Assembly: GCF_006345805.1 (NCBI RefSeq)
Contig: NC_043010.1
Location: forward strand, 20,212,001-20,276,000
DNA length: 64,000 nucleotides
Direction: 5' to 3'
Origin: Octopus sinensis
Lineage: Eukaryota
In this document: positions 39,313 to 52,469 of the stretch, piece after piece
How positions within the stretch are numbered: the first letter of the stretch is position 1
How the letters are laid out: every line of letters starts with the position of its first letter
Made by a program: the position numbers and the translations under genes
Notes under the pieces: model-generated
What the model was told of the DNA's origin: nothing
What the model saw: only the letters and a program-made list of their open reading frames with translations
Databases searched by the model: none

Positions 39313-40097
39313 CATATATATATATATATATATATTTGTATATATATATTTAAAATTTATAAGTTTAAATTATTTAAATAATTTTTAAATTTTTAACTTT
39401 TAGGTTTTTAAATTAATTTTATGTATTGGCTTATGTTTTTCACTGTTTGATTTGCCCAATAGTGGTTTTATCTCTAATTTAATATAATATATATATCGTC
39501 GTTCACCCGCGACATCACTTCCGCTGCTGTCTCTCTGGCCTGGCTCTTTCAAGGTAATCGACGACATTCTTTTTGCTCCGCTCGTCGTTCGTAAAAATTT
39601 CTGCGTTCGCTATACTTTTTTTCGTTCGGCGTTAACAGCCCTTCTTATCTTGTTTTTCCTTGTCCTGTTTTTTACTGTTTATAATTTGTACTGTCGTTAC
39701 TGTCCTGTTTTTGTTACCATTTTTTACCCCTCTGCGAAAAGATCTCAGAATTTTAATTGATTTGCTTTTCGCAGGAAGGAAAGTTTCTTGTCGAAGATAC
39801 GTCTCGCTTTTATCCTTCAAAACGTAGAGTAGATGAAACCTTTAGCGACTGAAGAAGGGGTTTTTTCTTTGTGTTAATTGTCCTGTACTCTATTTTTTTG
39901 CTGTTTTTAAAAAAATGTCCAGTTCCTTTGGTTTGTGTCTATGTTTTCGTTTCTCATTGTGTTCGACGTCCTTTTGGTGTCCTGTACTCATATATGCGTG
40001 TATATGTACATGTAGAGGTAAGTACCTACATATATGTTTATATATATGCATATGTTTTATTTTATTTATTAATATATATATATTATATAATATATAT

Positions 40098-40130
<33 letters not shown>

Positions 40131-40518
40131 ATATATATATACACACACATACATACATACATATCATCATCATCATCATCATCATCATCGTTTAACGTCC
40201 GTTTTCCGCGCTAGCACGGGTTGGACGGTTTCGACCGGGGTCTGGGGAGCTCGGGACTGCCCCAGGCTCCAGTCTAGTCTGGCAGTGTTTCTACAGCTGG
40301 ATGCCCTTCCTAACGCCAACCACTCCGCGAGTGTAGTGGGTGCTTTTTACGTGCCACCTGCACAGGTGCCAGAGGGGTCTGGCATCGGCCACGTTCGGAT
40401 GGTGCTTTTTATGTGTGTGTGGGGGGGTGCAGAAATATAGGGGAGCACCAGTGGGGAGGGGTGGTTCAGAGAAATGATGACAGGTTCTACATACATACAT
40501 ATATATATATATATATAA

Positions 40519-40564
<46 letters not shown>

Positions 40565-41691
40565 CTTATAAATACATATATATTATATATATATATATAT
40601 ATATAGATAGATAGATAGATATACATATACACATACATACATATTAATGGTCTTGATATTAATACAGCAGTATTAATTTATTGAAGAATTTTACCAAAGA
40701 GAAATGATTTGGAGAATGTGTAGTGAAACTGTGATTACCATATTAGGAAATAAAGTGGTTGTCTTTGGTCTTAATTAAATGTAAATAGAAGCTCACCCAC
40801 TAAAAGCATCCAGCCTCAATAATTAATATAATTATGGTGAGAAGATAATAGTAATAGGTTCCTGGTTTTGCTATATCTGTTTTAGAAAATTAAAGATTGG
40901 AATTGTTGCTATCAGATTTATCAAAATGGAAGCAGAGATTTATTTCCCTTTAACCAAATTCTTCATCAGCTTTTGCATTTTTACTGCTGCCTGCAAAATT
41001 CGGCAGACACACAAGTGAGTTCATGAGTATATAGTGATCTGGGCTTAGTAGATATTGATTTCCTTTGCAATCTGACTGATTAGTAAGCCTTCCTTTACTA
41101 ACATCCTATAAATTCCTACAGGCAATGCAGTGCAGTTAGTTACCCACCAACACACTGCTACCATTTCCTCACACACACACACACACACATTACAGCACTT
41201 CCCTACCACCAAACTTACCAATCTAAGGACTGCCGCCAATCAGTCGGCACTGCTTCTCTTCTCTACTCTGTGTAATAAAAAGGGAGAGATAACATTACAG
41301 TGTGTCTTACATTCTCTAAATCCATCCTTTGCCCTCCACTCCATTCCAAATTCCTCCAGCTAAAAGCAATTACCGAAATGAGTTGATCCAAGGAATTTCT
41401 GATTTGATCTTTTATGTATTCCTGTCATTGGATTGTGGCCATGCTGGGGCACTGCCTTGACAGGTTTAGTCAAAAATATCAATCCCAGCACTTATTATTA
41501 TTTTGAGTCTGGTACTTGTTCTATTATTCTCTTTTGTGAAACTGCTAAGTTACAGGGACATAACCAAACCAACATCAGTTGTTAAACAGCGATTGTGTGT
41601 GTGTATGTGTGATGGTGCAAGCACAAACACACATAAATACGATGAGCTTCTTTCAGTTTCCATTTACCAAATCCACTGACAAAGCTTAGGT

Positions 41692-42725
41692 TGTTTGATC
41701 AGGTTTGACTTGAGACTGACTCAGGGTTGACTCAAGGTTGACTCAAGGCTGACTCAGGGTAGATCAAGAAAAGTAACAGTAGCAACTGAAGTGGAAACCA
41801 ACCTGAGGTTGTAGAAAAAGACGCCCTGGGCACCACTTTGAGAAAATGTCTTCATCCTTAGTCCCAGGCCAACCATAGCCACACATATATGACTCCTTGC
41901 TCTTCCTCAAAGTTTAAACCCTAATTCTGAACCTGGCATCACATTTTTATCTCTGCAAGACCATCTGATCATTGTTTAATTAAGGCAGATCTTCACACCT
42001 TTTTAAAATCTAGAGGTGAGGAGTAGTGCTATGACCACATTCAGGACATCTGAGATGAGTAAAAAAGAAAGGAGGAATTCATTTTCAAACTAGACCAGGA
42101 GTGTACCCCACTAAAGGTACCCAAGGATCCGGTAAGGGCTAAAACTAGGGGATAGATGAGTGAATAAATGTTTCTTCTTGAAATTAATCAGGCAGGGCAA
42201 AATCTCTGCTAATTCTTACCTCTAGCTGTTGGTGTGCTTCTGGGGTCAGTGCTGCAGCATGGCACCTTGGGCAAGTGTCTTCTGTCAATAACCTTGGGCC
42301 AACCAAAGCCTTGTAAGTGGATTTGGTAAAGGGGAAACTGAAAAAAACCTGTTGTGTGTGGGTGTGTGTGTTTGTCCCCTGCCATACTTGATAGCTGGTG
42401 TTGGAGTGTTTACATCCCTGTAACTTTGCAGTTCGGCAAAAGTGACTGACAGAATAAGTACCAAACTTTAAAAAAAAAATATGTACTGGGGTTGATTCAT
42501 TCAATGAGAAATTCTTCAAGGCACTGCTCCAGCATGGCCACAGTCTAATGGATTGAACAAGCAAAAAATATAAGATAAAGCCATTGATAAAGCCTTTGCC
42601 AAACCATTGAGCTGTTTGATCAGGTTTGACTTGAGACTGACTCAGGGTTGACTCAAGGTTGACTCAAGGCTGACTCAGGGTAGATCAACAAAAGTAACAG
42701 TAGCAGTTGAAGTGGAAACCAACCT
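41692..42725. repeat. 113-bp direct repeat pair (41692-41804 and 42613-42725), each with four TGACTCA at 11-bp period
   Basis: Offset 921 with three mismatches. TGACTCA at 41717, 41728, 41739, 41750 and 42638, 42649, 42660, 42671. Confidence 0.9.
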
Positions 42726-42818
42726 TTAACCTGTCTCGGATTCTCCATACACTTTCTTTGTCTACCACTGAGTAACTAATAAAAACATGTGTCTTTGCTC
42801 TTGCACGGACCGTCTCCT
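42724..42818 (-). CDS. Internal exon D of ARM/TIR gene, start of TIR domain (KETVRARAKTHVFISYSVVDKESVWRIRDRLK)
   Basis: Long polypyrimidine tract plus ttacag|AG acceptor, donor AAG|gttggt. 95 nt, phase 1 to 0. HVFISYS is the TIR box-1 motif and it joins exon C in frame (A|AG). Confidence 0.85.
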
Positions 42819-43686
42819 CTGTAAAGAAGAAAGAAAAAAAACAGGAATTTCATTTTGGGATTGAATTTTCACTTTTTTAAAAATTTTGGAAATAATTTTT
42901 GTTTACAAAATAAAATGTCAGCAAATGGATTTCAAGGAGAATAATTTGAATAAAGGTCCTCCTTTTCAAGTCAGACAGACTCAGAAGTCTGTTAGTTTTT
43001 TTTTTTTTGGCGCATATATTTCCCTGCTTAGATGTGACACTGGTCTGTCACAGAATCACCCATTTTTCCTGAGGAGACTGGAGCTGGGTGAAATGAAGTG
43101 TTTTGCTCAAGAACACAATTCAGGAATCAAAACCACAACCTCACAATCATGGTTCCAACACCCAAACCACCAAGCCATGTATCTCCATGAGAATATGTAA
43201 AATATATTTAAAATAGATTTTTAAATAGAATTGGGAATTTTAAAAAGATTTATAAATATTTAGCAATAATTATTACTTTGAAACAGAATGTTAATCCTTT
43301 TGATATCAAGCCCCCAGAAATGGCCCCTAATTATCTGTTACGAACTGCCTGTTTAAGAATAATCTAAATCAATGGTTCTCAACTGGGGTCCATATGTCCC
43401 TTAGAATTTTGAAATTTAAACAGAGTTTTTAATTAATTTTCTGTAGAATTATAAATTTAGACAAAATTATGAATATCAAACAGAATTATAAACTTGAAAC
43501 AGAATTTTTAGTTTTAGACAGGCTTCTGAATTTTAAATAGAATTTTGAATTTTCTATAGAATTATAAATAACAAGATTTTAACCGTCCAAATAAAATTCA
43601 ATACTTTGAATATTGTTATCTATTTTGTTTTTTTGAAAAAAAGCATTAAACAGAAACAAAAGTGAGAAAGAAATGAAACATCTTAC

Positions 43687-43942
43687 TGTCAACCTCCGTT
43701 ACTTGTGTTGCTCCATTTAACAACCACAGCACCCCTTTAACATTTGCACTGACTAGTTTGTCTTTGTTGTCTTTGAGAGATTCCAGTAGTGTCACCAACG
43801 CTTGTTCATCATTTATTAACCTTTCGCGTACATTTTCGTCAAACATTAACGTCCACAGAATCCTTGCAGCTGAGCATTGTTCGCGGACGTCATCAAATTG
43901 TAACATACGACTTAGCATTGATAATATTCCACCATCCACAAT
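43687..43942 (-). CDS. Internal exon C of ARM/TIR gene, armadillo-like repeats (IVDGGILSMLSRMLQ...SAARILWTLMFDENV...NVKGVLWLL...EVD)
   Basis: Acceptor ttcttag|ATT and donor A|gtaaga. 256 nt, phase 0 to 1. AA..LW.L and KG.LW.L motifs are ARM helix-3-like. Confidence 0.9.
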
Positions 43943-44027
43943 CTAAGAATTAAAAAAAAAAAACAATATATACAACTGTAAAAAAAAGTGGTAAAGAAGA
44001 AAGAACACCAGTGACATCTAGGATTTT

Positions 44028-44735
44028 ATCTTTCATTATTAATTGCTTCAGTCTGTGGTCATTCTGGGGCAGTGCCTTGAAAATTTTGGTCAAATGAATC
44101 AACCCCAGTAGTTTTATTTGCTAAAGCTTGGCACTTATTCTATCAGTCTCTTTTGCCAAACTGCTAAGTTACTACTGTTTATGTAAACACACCAGCACTG
44201 GTTGTCAAGCAGTGGTGGGGGACAAACATTGGCAAACAGAAACACACACACACATGTATATATACATACATACACACAAATGCACATATATGCATACACA
44301 CACACACACACATATATTTACATACATACACACAAATACACATATATGCATACACACACACTCATACATATATATATATATATACACACACACTCATACA
44401 TATATATATACATACACACAAATACACATACATATTAGGAAGGGCATACATCGGTAAAAACCTTGCCAAAACAGACATAGAAGCCTGGTGCAGGCTCCTG
44501 CCTGGTGAGATCTTGTCAAACCGTCCAACCCATGCCAGCATGGAAAGCAGGCGTTAAAGGATGATGATGATGATGATGTGTTTCTTTCAGTTTCCGTCTA
44601 CCAAATCCACTCACAAGGCTTTGGTCGGCTTGAGGCTATAACAGAAGACACTTGCCCAAAGTGCCACGCAGTGGGACTGAACCTGAAACCATTTGATTTA
44701 GAAGCTTCTTAAATGCACAGCCAGGCCTATGCCCA
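44028..44735 (-). mobile_element. S1 SINE with a nested RTE-tail element at about 44447-44579
   Basis: The 3' half (44028-44230) and 5' half (44580-44735) of S1 are separated by (CA/TA)n and an oppositely oriented ttaggaagggc...gatgatgatg element. Confidence 0.7.
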
Positions 44736-45082
44736 GATGTTTCATATATTCTACAGAATTTCAAGATATTCTGTAAAAGTTTTTTTTTTTTCTAAGTAAC
44801 AGAGTTGCAGAAAGAAACAAACAAATTATGGTATTTAGCTGTGAACCTTCATATTCAGATTTCAAACCCTGCAGGGATCCTCTTTGTATTTATCTCTCCA
44901 GGGATCAATAGAATAAGTACTATTTGAGTACTATTTGGGGATAAGGGTCAACCTATTTGTTTCTGTTCTCCACAAAGATTATGTGCTATTTGAGGGCAGG
45001 AAAGGTGGGTCACTGCAACTGAGTAGGCCCCCAGCAAAAAAACATGGGACCTAATGCTTCTGTTAGAAGTAATGATTTATGA

Positions 45083-45345
45083 TAGAGGTTCCCAAACTTT
45101 ATCAGGCTGCCACCCCCTTGACACTCAGGCCACATTCCTCAAGCCCCCACCCCAACAAACCATCCCAAACATAAACCTCTTTCTGAAGCAAATTCAAAGC
45201 ATTTCACAAACATAATCTAACGAACCCATTATTTTATTGTTTTTACATGAATTGTTACTCCATTATTACCCCCACTTTTCCTCAATGCCCCCCTTGGAAC
45301 TTTTCACCCCCAGGGGAGCAATACTGCTCACTTTGGGAACCACTG
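45083..45345. mobile_element. hAT-type MITE
   Basis: TIRs TAGAGGTTCCCAAA / TTTGGGAACCACTG and a perfect 8-bp TSD ATTTATGA (45075-45082 and 45346-45353). Confidence 0.85.
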
Positions 45346-46604
45346 ATTTATGACTTCAAAGTACGCTGGACGAAATGCTCAGTGGTATTTCACCTGCAGC
45401 TATGTTCTGAGTTCAAATTCCGCTGAGGTCAAATTTGTCTTTTATCCTTTTGGGGTTGATAAATTAAGTTCCAGTCGAACGAATAAAGCATTAGACAAAA
45501 TACCTTATGGTAACTAAGCTGCATATCTTTAGGTTTTCAGTTCAAATCACATTAGGTCCAACATCCTTTACAGGGGTTCGTCAAGCTGAGTTCTAGTTCA
45601 GTTTCTGGGATTATCTAATCAACACTAATATTCATGTCCCAAATAGGAAGCGTCCTTGGGCTTGTATTAAAGATATCAATATTTACATCATGTTTGATAT
45701 GGAAAATATTTAATCTCTTTAACAGTTTAGCATTCAGATTCTTCTGTCAAATAGAATAATCCTTGTTCATTCCCATTGTCTTGAATTAATCCTGAATTAC
45801 CTTGTGGCTTTGAGATTTCAATGATGAGATTGTCTATTTTTAGAATGATACTGCAGGGTAGGTGTAAGAGGCCAGGCATAAAACATGAAACATGAAGAAT
45901 ATTTTGGGCTGGATACAGATGGTTTAAATGCTGAAGGGTTAAAGATCATCATCATCATCATCATCATCATCATTGCCCCCCACCCTCCTCTTCATCATCA
46001 TCAATGTTATCATCATTGCTATCATCATCATTACCATTGCCGTCATCATTGTCATCACCATCATCATCATCATCGTCATCATCATCACCACCACCATCAT
46101 CATCATCGTTTAACATCCGTTTTCTATCCTGGCATGGTTTGGATGGCTTGACTGGAGTTTGCAAGCTAGAGAACTGCATCAGTCCCTAGTTGTCTGTTTT
46201 GGCAAGGTTTCCATGGCTGGATGCCCTTCCGAATACCCACCACTTTACAGAGTGGACTGGGTGCTTTTTATGTGGCACCATCACCAGTGCTTCATATGTG
46301 ACACAGGTGTTTTAATGTGACTCCAGCATGGATGCTTTTCACGTGGCACCTGCCCTCTGAGTTAGCAAGACAGAGACCTCTCAACTGAGAGAGGGAATGA
46401 AACTAAAAGATGAGAGTCTGCTAGGGGAACAGAGGTAGCCCTCTTTCTGTTGAGGAGATACATGGTGACTCCTATAGGACAAACAAAGAGAGGAAGGTAG
46501 AAGAGAGTTAGAGAGAGAGATGGAGAGACTGAGAAAGAGAAGTCTTAATCTCAAAGAAGCATAAGTTTAATTCCTTCAGAATAAAGAACAGAATATGATC
46601 TTAA

Positions 46605-46771
46605 CCCTTTCGTTACCAACCCGGCTGAAACCGACTCTGGCTCTGAGTACAAATGTCTTGTTTCCATAAGTTTTGAAATAAAATTTTCCACCAAATCTTA
46701 GTCACAATTTATGTTCCTGATACTAACTGAATGATAACTAAGTTATTTTACTAAATTCAGTAATGAAAGGG
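46605..46771. mobile_element. piggyBac-type MITE
   Basis: TIRs CCCTTTCGTTAC / GTAATGAAAGGG with TTAA on both sides (46601-46604 and 46772-46775). Confidence 0.8.
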
Positions 46772-46786
46772 TTAAAGTAAGTTCAC

Positions 46787-46920
46787 CTTTAATTTGTTGG
46801 AATCTGTGACAGCCAACTTTTCCAGGCCTTGCACAATCTCGTATGGTGTGAAACCTTTGTATCGTCTTTTATTGCAGTCGAGAGCTTTATCAAGCCATTG
46901 GAGCATACACAAAATGCTCC
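46787..46920 (-). CDS. Internal exon B of ARM/TIR gene (GSILCMLQWLDKALDCNKRRYKGFTPYEIVQGLEKLAVTDSNKLK)
   Basis: Polypyrimidine tract plus ttcctcag|GG acceptor, donor AAG|gtgaac. 134 nt, phase 1 to 0. The GF..E...GL.KLAV.D.NK motif resembles invertebrate ARM-TIR proteins. Confidence 0.88.
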
Positions 46921-47152
46921 CTGAGGAAGAAATAAAAGTCGCGACAATCTTTATAAAACAAGCAAACATAAAAAAAAAGAAACAACAAAATCAAGTACAA
47001 AATTAACATGAAATGTTTAAATGTAGGGGCAGACGTGGCATTCATCATAGGCATAAGGTCAGGAATTTGTGTGGTAGGAGAAGGGTTGAGTAAATATACC
47101 TCAGCATATGACTGGTACTTACTTATGGACCCTCATACTCAGAAAAATGAAG

Positions 47153-48013
47153 GGGAACATGCTCTAGCTGGATTTGAACTCAGAATGTAAAGAAACATTA
47201 ATAAAATATTGCAAAGTATTTTGTCAGGTGCTCCACCAACTCTACTATTCATTATCTTAGTAGTAGTAGTGACAGTAGTAGTAGTAGTAATAGTAGTGGT
47301 GATGGTGGTGGTTGTAGTAGTAGTAGTAGTACTGGTGTTGGTGGTAGTAGTAGAAGTAGTATAGTAGTGGTGGTTGTGGTGGTAGAAGAAGTAGTAGTGG
47401 TGGTGATCGTTGTAGTAGAGTGGTGGTGGTGGTAGTATAGTAGTAGTAGTGTTGGTGGTAGTAGTAGTAGTGGTAGTAGTAGTAGAAGTAGTAGTGGTAG
47501 TAGTAGTGGTTGTTGTAGTAGTAGTGGTGGTGGTGGTAGTAGCAGTGGTAGTAATAGTAGTAGTGGTGGTGGTGGTAGTAGTAGTAGAAGTAGTAGTGGT
47601 GGTGGTGGTAGTAGTTAAGCAAGTGTGATACAAAGTGAATCAATAAGCTTACAAGTGAAGGATGTTCAACAGATAAGAAGTTATATTTTGGTTATTTATG
47701 AGGAAGACAGGGGGGGAGGGAGAGAGAGAGAGAAGGAGGGTGAAAGCATAAGAAGGTGTGTGTGTGTGTGTATATATATATGTATGTACATATGGCCCAG
47801 TGGTTAGGCTGTTGCATTCATGATCGCTAGATCGTGGTTTGATTTTCTGACTGGGTGGTGCATTGTATTCTTGAGCAAAACACTTCATTTCATCTTGCTC
47901 CAGTGCCCCTTTCAATCAGGGGGGAATGTTAGCCTGCTTGCCTTGCCAGCAGCATGATGTCATTTAAGGCTAAAACAATGTACAATGTAACCAGTGATGT
48001 ATCATGTGATCAT

Positions 48014-48074
<61 letters not shown>

Positions 48075-49202
48075 AGAATTAAAAAAAAAAAAGACGAAGA
48101 CAGGTGGTGTAGACATTATATATATATATATATTATATATATATATTATATATATAATGTTTACGGAAACATGAAACTCAGAGTAACAGGTTTTGTTGAT
48201 TTTCTGCTGCTTTAAATAAAGCATATTACTCTACCACTGATATTTGAGTACTCTTTTTTCCACCTTGTTTCACATTTATGTGTTTACTCCGGTATATATA
48301 ATATATATATATATTATATATATATATGCTAGATCATGGGAACATGCTCTAGCTGGATTTGAACTCAGAATGTAAAGAAACATTAATAAAATATTGCAAA
48401 GTATTTTGTCAGGTGCTCCACCAACTCTACTATTCATTATCTTAGTAGTAGTAGTGACAGTAGTAGTAGTAGTAATAGTAGTGGTGATGGTGGTGGTTGT
48501 AGTAGTAGTAGTAGTACTGGTGTTGGTGGTAGTAGTAGAAGTAGTATTAGTAGTGGTGGTTGTGGTGGTAGAAGAAGTAGTAGTGGTGGTGATCGTTGTA
48601 GTAGTAGTGGTGGTGGTGGTAGTAATAGTAGTAGTAGTGTTGGTGGTAGTAGTAGTAGTGGTAGTAGTAGTAGAAGTAGTAGTGGTAGTAGTAGTGGTTG
48701 TTGTAGTAGTAGTGGTGGTGGTAGTAGTAGAAGTAGTATAAGTTGTGGTGGTGGTGGTAGTAGCAGTGGTAGTAATAGTAGTAGTGGTGGTGGTGGTAGT
48801 AGTTAAGCAAGTGTGATACAAAGTGAATCAATAAGCTTACAAGTGAAGGATGTTCAACAGATAAGAAGTTATATTTTGGTTATTTATGAGGAAGACAGGG
48901 GGGGAGGGAGAGAGAGAGAAGGAGGGTGAAAGCATAAGGAAGGTGTGTGTGTGTGTGTATATATATATATGTATGTACATATGGCCCAGTGGTTAGGCTG
49001 TTGCATTCATGATCGCTAGATCGTGGTTTGATTTTCTGACTGGGTGGTGCATTGTATTCTTGAGCAAAACACTTCATTTCATCTTGCTCCAGTGCCCCTT
49101 TCAATCAGGGGGGAATGTTAGCCTGCTTGCCTTGCCAGCAGCATGATGTCATTTAAGGCTAAAACAATGTACAATGTAACCAGTGATGTATCATGTGATC
49201 AT

Positions 49203-49245
<43 letters not shown>

Positions 49246-49287
49246 AGAATTAAAAAAAAAAAAAAGACGAAGACAGGTGGTGTAGAC

Positions 49288-49329
<42 letters not shown>

Positions 49330-50475
49330 GTTTACGGAAACATGAAACTCAGAGTAACAGGTTTTGTTGAATTTTCTGCTGCTTTAAATAAAGCATATTA
49401 CTCTACCACTGATATTTGAGTACTCTTTTTTCCACCTTGTTTCACATTTATGTGTTTACTCCGGTATATATATATATATATTATATATATATATGCTAGA
49501 TCATGGGAACATGCTCTAGCTGGATTTGAACTCAGAATGTAAAGAAACATTAATAAAATATTGCAAAGTATTTTGTCAGGTGCTCCACCAACTCTACTAT
49601 TCATTATCTTAGTAGTAGTAGTGACAGTAGTAGTAGTAGTAATAGTAGTGGTGATGGTGGTGGTTGTAGTAGTAGTAGTAGTACTGGTGTTGGTGGTAGT
49701 AGTAGAAGTAGTATTAGTAGTGGTGGTTGTGGTGGTAGAAGAAGTAGTAGTGGTGGTGATCGTTGTAGTAGTAGTGGTGGTGGTGGTAGTAATAGTAGTA
49801 GTAGTGTTGGTGGTAGTAGTAGTAGTGGTGTTGGTGGTAGTAGTAGTGGTGGTAGTAGTAGTAGAAGTAGTAGTGGTAGTAGTAGTGGTTGTTGTAGTAG
49901 TAGTGGTGGTGGTAGTAGTAGAAGTAGTATAAGTTGTGGTGGTGGTGGTAGTAGCAGTGGTAGTAATAGTAGTAGTGGTGGTGGTGGTAGTAGTTAAGCA
50001 AGTGTGATACAAAGTGAATCAATAAGCTTACAAGTGAAGGATGTTCAACAGATAAGAAGTTATATTTTGGTTATTTATGAGGAAGACAGGGGGGGAGGGA
50101 GAGAGAGAGAGAAGGAGGGTGAAAGCATAAGGAAGGTGTGTGTGTGTGTGTATATATATATATGTATGTACATATGGCCCAGTGGTTAGGCTGTTGCATT
50201 CATGATCGCTAGATCGTGGGTTCGATTCTCTGACTGGGTGGTGCATTGTATTCTTGAGCAAAACACTTCATTTCATCTTGCTCCAGTGCCCCTTTCAATC
50301 AGGGGGGAATGTTAGCCTGCTTGCCTTGCCAGCAGCATGATGTCATTTAAAGGCTAAAACAATGTACAATGTAACCAGTGATGTATCATGTGATCATGTG
50401 ATATATAATATATATATATATATATATATAGGGAGAATTAAAAAAAAAAAAAAGACGAAGACAGGTGGTGTAGAC

Positions 50476-50521
<46 letters not shown>

Positions 50522-50654
50522 GTTTACGGAAACATGAAACTCAGAGTAACAGGTTTTGTTGAATTTTCTGCTGCTTTAAATAAAGCATATTACTCTACCA
50601 CTGATATTTGAGTACTCTTTTTTCCACCTTGTTTCACATTTATGTGTTTACTCC

Positions 50655-50693
<39 letters not shown>

Positions 50694-50700
50694 TAGATCA
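47153..50700. repeat. Tandem triplication of an approximately 1.17-1.2-kb unit containing (GTA/GTG)n, a SINE fragment and (TA)n
   Basis: gggaacatgctctagctggatttg anchors at 47153, 48338 and 49505, with the third copy ending tgctagatca at 50700. Confidence 0.92.
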
Positions 50701-50861
50701 GTAGCCACTACACACATTTTTTTCTCTCCTTGTTTTTTCTGTGTAGAAGAGCGTAGGCTTGAAACGTAAAAGACTTTTTCAATTCCTGAGCATTATACTA
50801 ATACATCTGTTTATTTTGTACACACCCTGTCTTCGTCTTTTGCTTTTTTCGTGAATTTGCC

Positions 50862-50902
<41 letters not shown>

Positions 50903-51316
50903 CAATATGGAGCAAATAATTCATGAGAAAATAATTTGCAAAGATATCACTGACTCTATTATTATCTAGTGTAACAATTTTAAAATTATGATAACAGAAT
51001 CAATAATATAGACGATTGCAGGCCCCCAAAATAAATATATATATAAGAAGTTGGACAAGGGAATAAGAAATTATATCATGAATTTCATAGCTTATAGCTG
51101 TTTCTGTTACAAGGTTCAATGCACTCATCTCCCTATAGCTTCATTAGAGCTTCAAATACAAAATGCTGAAACAGCTGTAAGCTAAATAAAGTCCATAAGT
51201 GTTTCTTCCTTTGTCATTCTAATTTCTTATTACTGCTCTGTCCGTGATTAACACTTCTTTCTGACACGTTTGTATACTGAGTTCTGGTACCAGGTGATTA
51301 GTATCACTATGTTTAA

Positions 51317-51318
<2 letters not shown>

Positions 51319-51363
<45 letters not shown>

Positions 51364-51469
51364 AATGATAATGATAATGATAATAGTAATAATGATAATA
51401 ATAATGATAATAATAATGATAATAGTAATAATAACAATAATGATGATGATAATGATAATAATAATGATG

Positions 51470-51506
<37 letters not shown>

Positions 51507-51623
51507 TGATGATAATAATGATGATAATAATAATACTAATAATAATAATGATAATAATAATACTAATAATAATAATGATAATGAAAATAATGATAAAAAT
51601 AACAACAACAACAACAACAACAA
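51319..51623. repeat. (AAT/GAT/AAC)n trinucleotide tract
   Basis: Direct inspection. Confidence 0.9.
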
Positions 51624-51645
51624 TATATATATATATATTGTATTT

Positions 51646-51988
51646 CAGGATGGTCATTGTTCTTTTTTTTTTTTGCCAAATAAACACATGCACTGTGTAT
51701 TTGTTCTTCACTCATTTATTATTGTTCTTATTCTAACTCTTGTCCATTGTCCGGAAATCTTTTGTCACACACCAGTGACCTCTCCAGCGACACTTTCCAT
51801 CTTTGTGTGTGCTCTTGCTCCGCTTAGTCCATTCTCAGATAATGGAAGAGGTCACAGACATGTGATGAAAGACTTCTGGACAATGGACATGAGTTAGAAT
51901 AAGAACAGTAATAAATGAGTGAAGAACGAATAAATCGTGCATGTGTTTATTTGGAAAAGAACAAAAAAAAAAAAAGAAGACTATCCCT
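51646..51988. mobile_element. Foldback/MITE with about 135-bp imperfect inverted arms
   Basis: aaataaacacatgcac...ttcttcactcattta...ttgtccattgtcc is mirrored by ggacaatggaca...taaatgagtgaagaa...gtgcatgtgtttattt. Confidence 0.75.
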
Positions 51989-52358
51989 AAGTACAAAATC
52001 TGTTTCAACACACAGTTTCACATTATGAATCTTACAACACTAATTCATAAATGGGTATATATATAATAAATGTGGCTAGATACAATATAACATCAAAAAG
52101 GAAGACTTCAGTTCTCACTAATAGTGACTGAGGGTCCATTGTAGCACCTACATTGCTAGAAATAAGTGTCAAGACCCTTGTAGCCACAAACATAGCACAG
52201 GTCTATGTACTGATAGGAGAGTTAACTGCCCCATAGTAAGCGAATGTGGTAAATTGGCATGTCAGTTTCGCTTGAAATCAAAGCTCATCAGTATTACTAC
52301 TACATTGCTTGTAGTTAAGTCAAATCCTCTTGTCAGTAGATAGATTATTACCATAAGA

Positions 52359-52411
<53 letters not shown>

Positions 52412-52469
52412 ACACACACACACACACAAAGAGAGAGATAGAGAAGAAATAATGAAAATGCAGCCTCAC

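Noticed and set aside
39800-39870. CTGAAGA plus an upstream AAAACGT as a permuted hammerhead
   Set aside because: Stems I and II cannot be formed in a valid topology.
40800-41115. Minus-strand acceptor-like site and short ORF (GIYRMLVKEGLLISQIAKEINIY)
   Set aside because: The phase 0 required after exon D gives an immediate stop, the other frames have multiple stops, and there are no TIR motifs. It is possibly a decayed transposon.
47139-51736. Poly-Thr (mucin-like), poly-Val, poly-Ile and poly-Tyr ORFs
   Set aside because: Trinucleotide microsatellites within an intron, open in several frames and without splice support.
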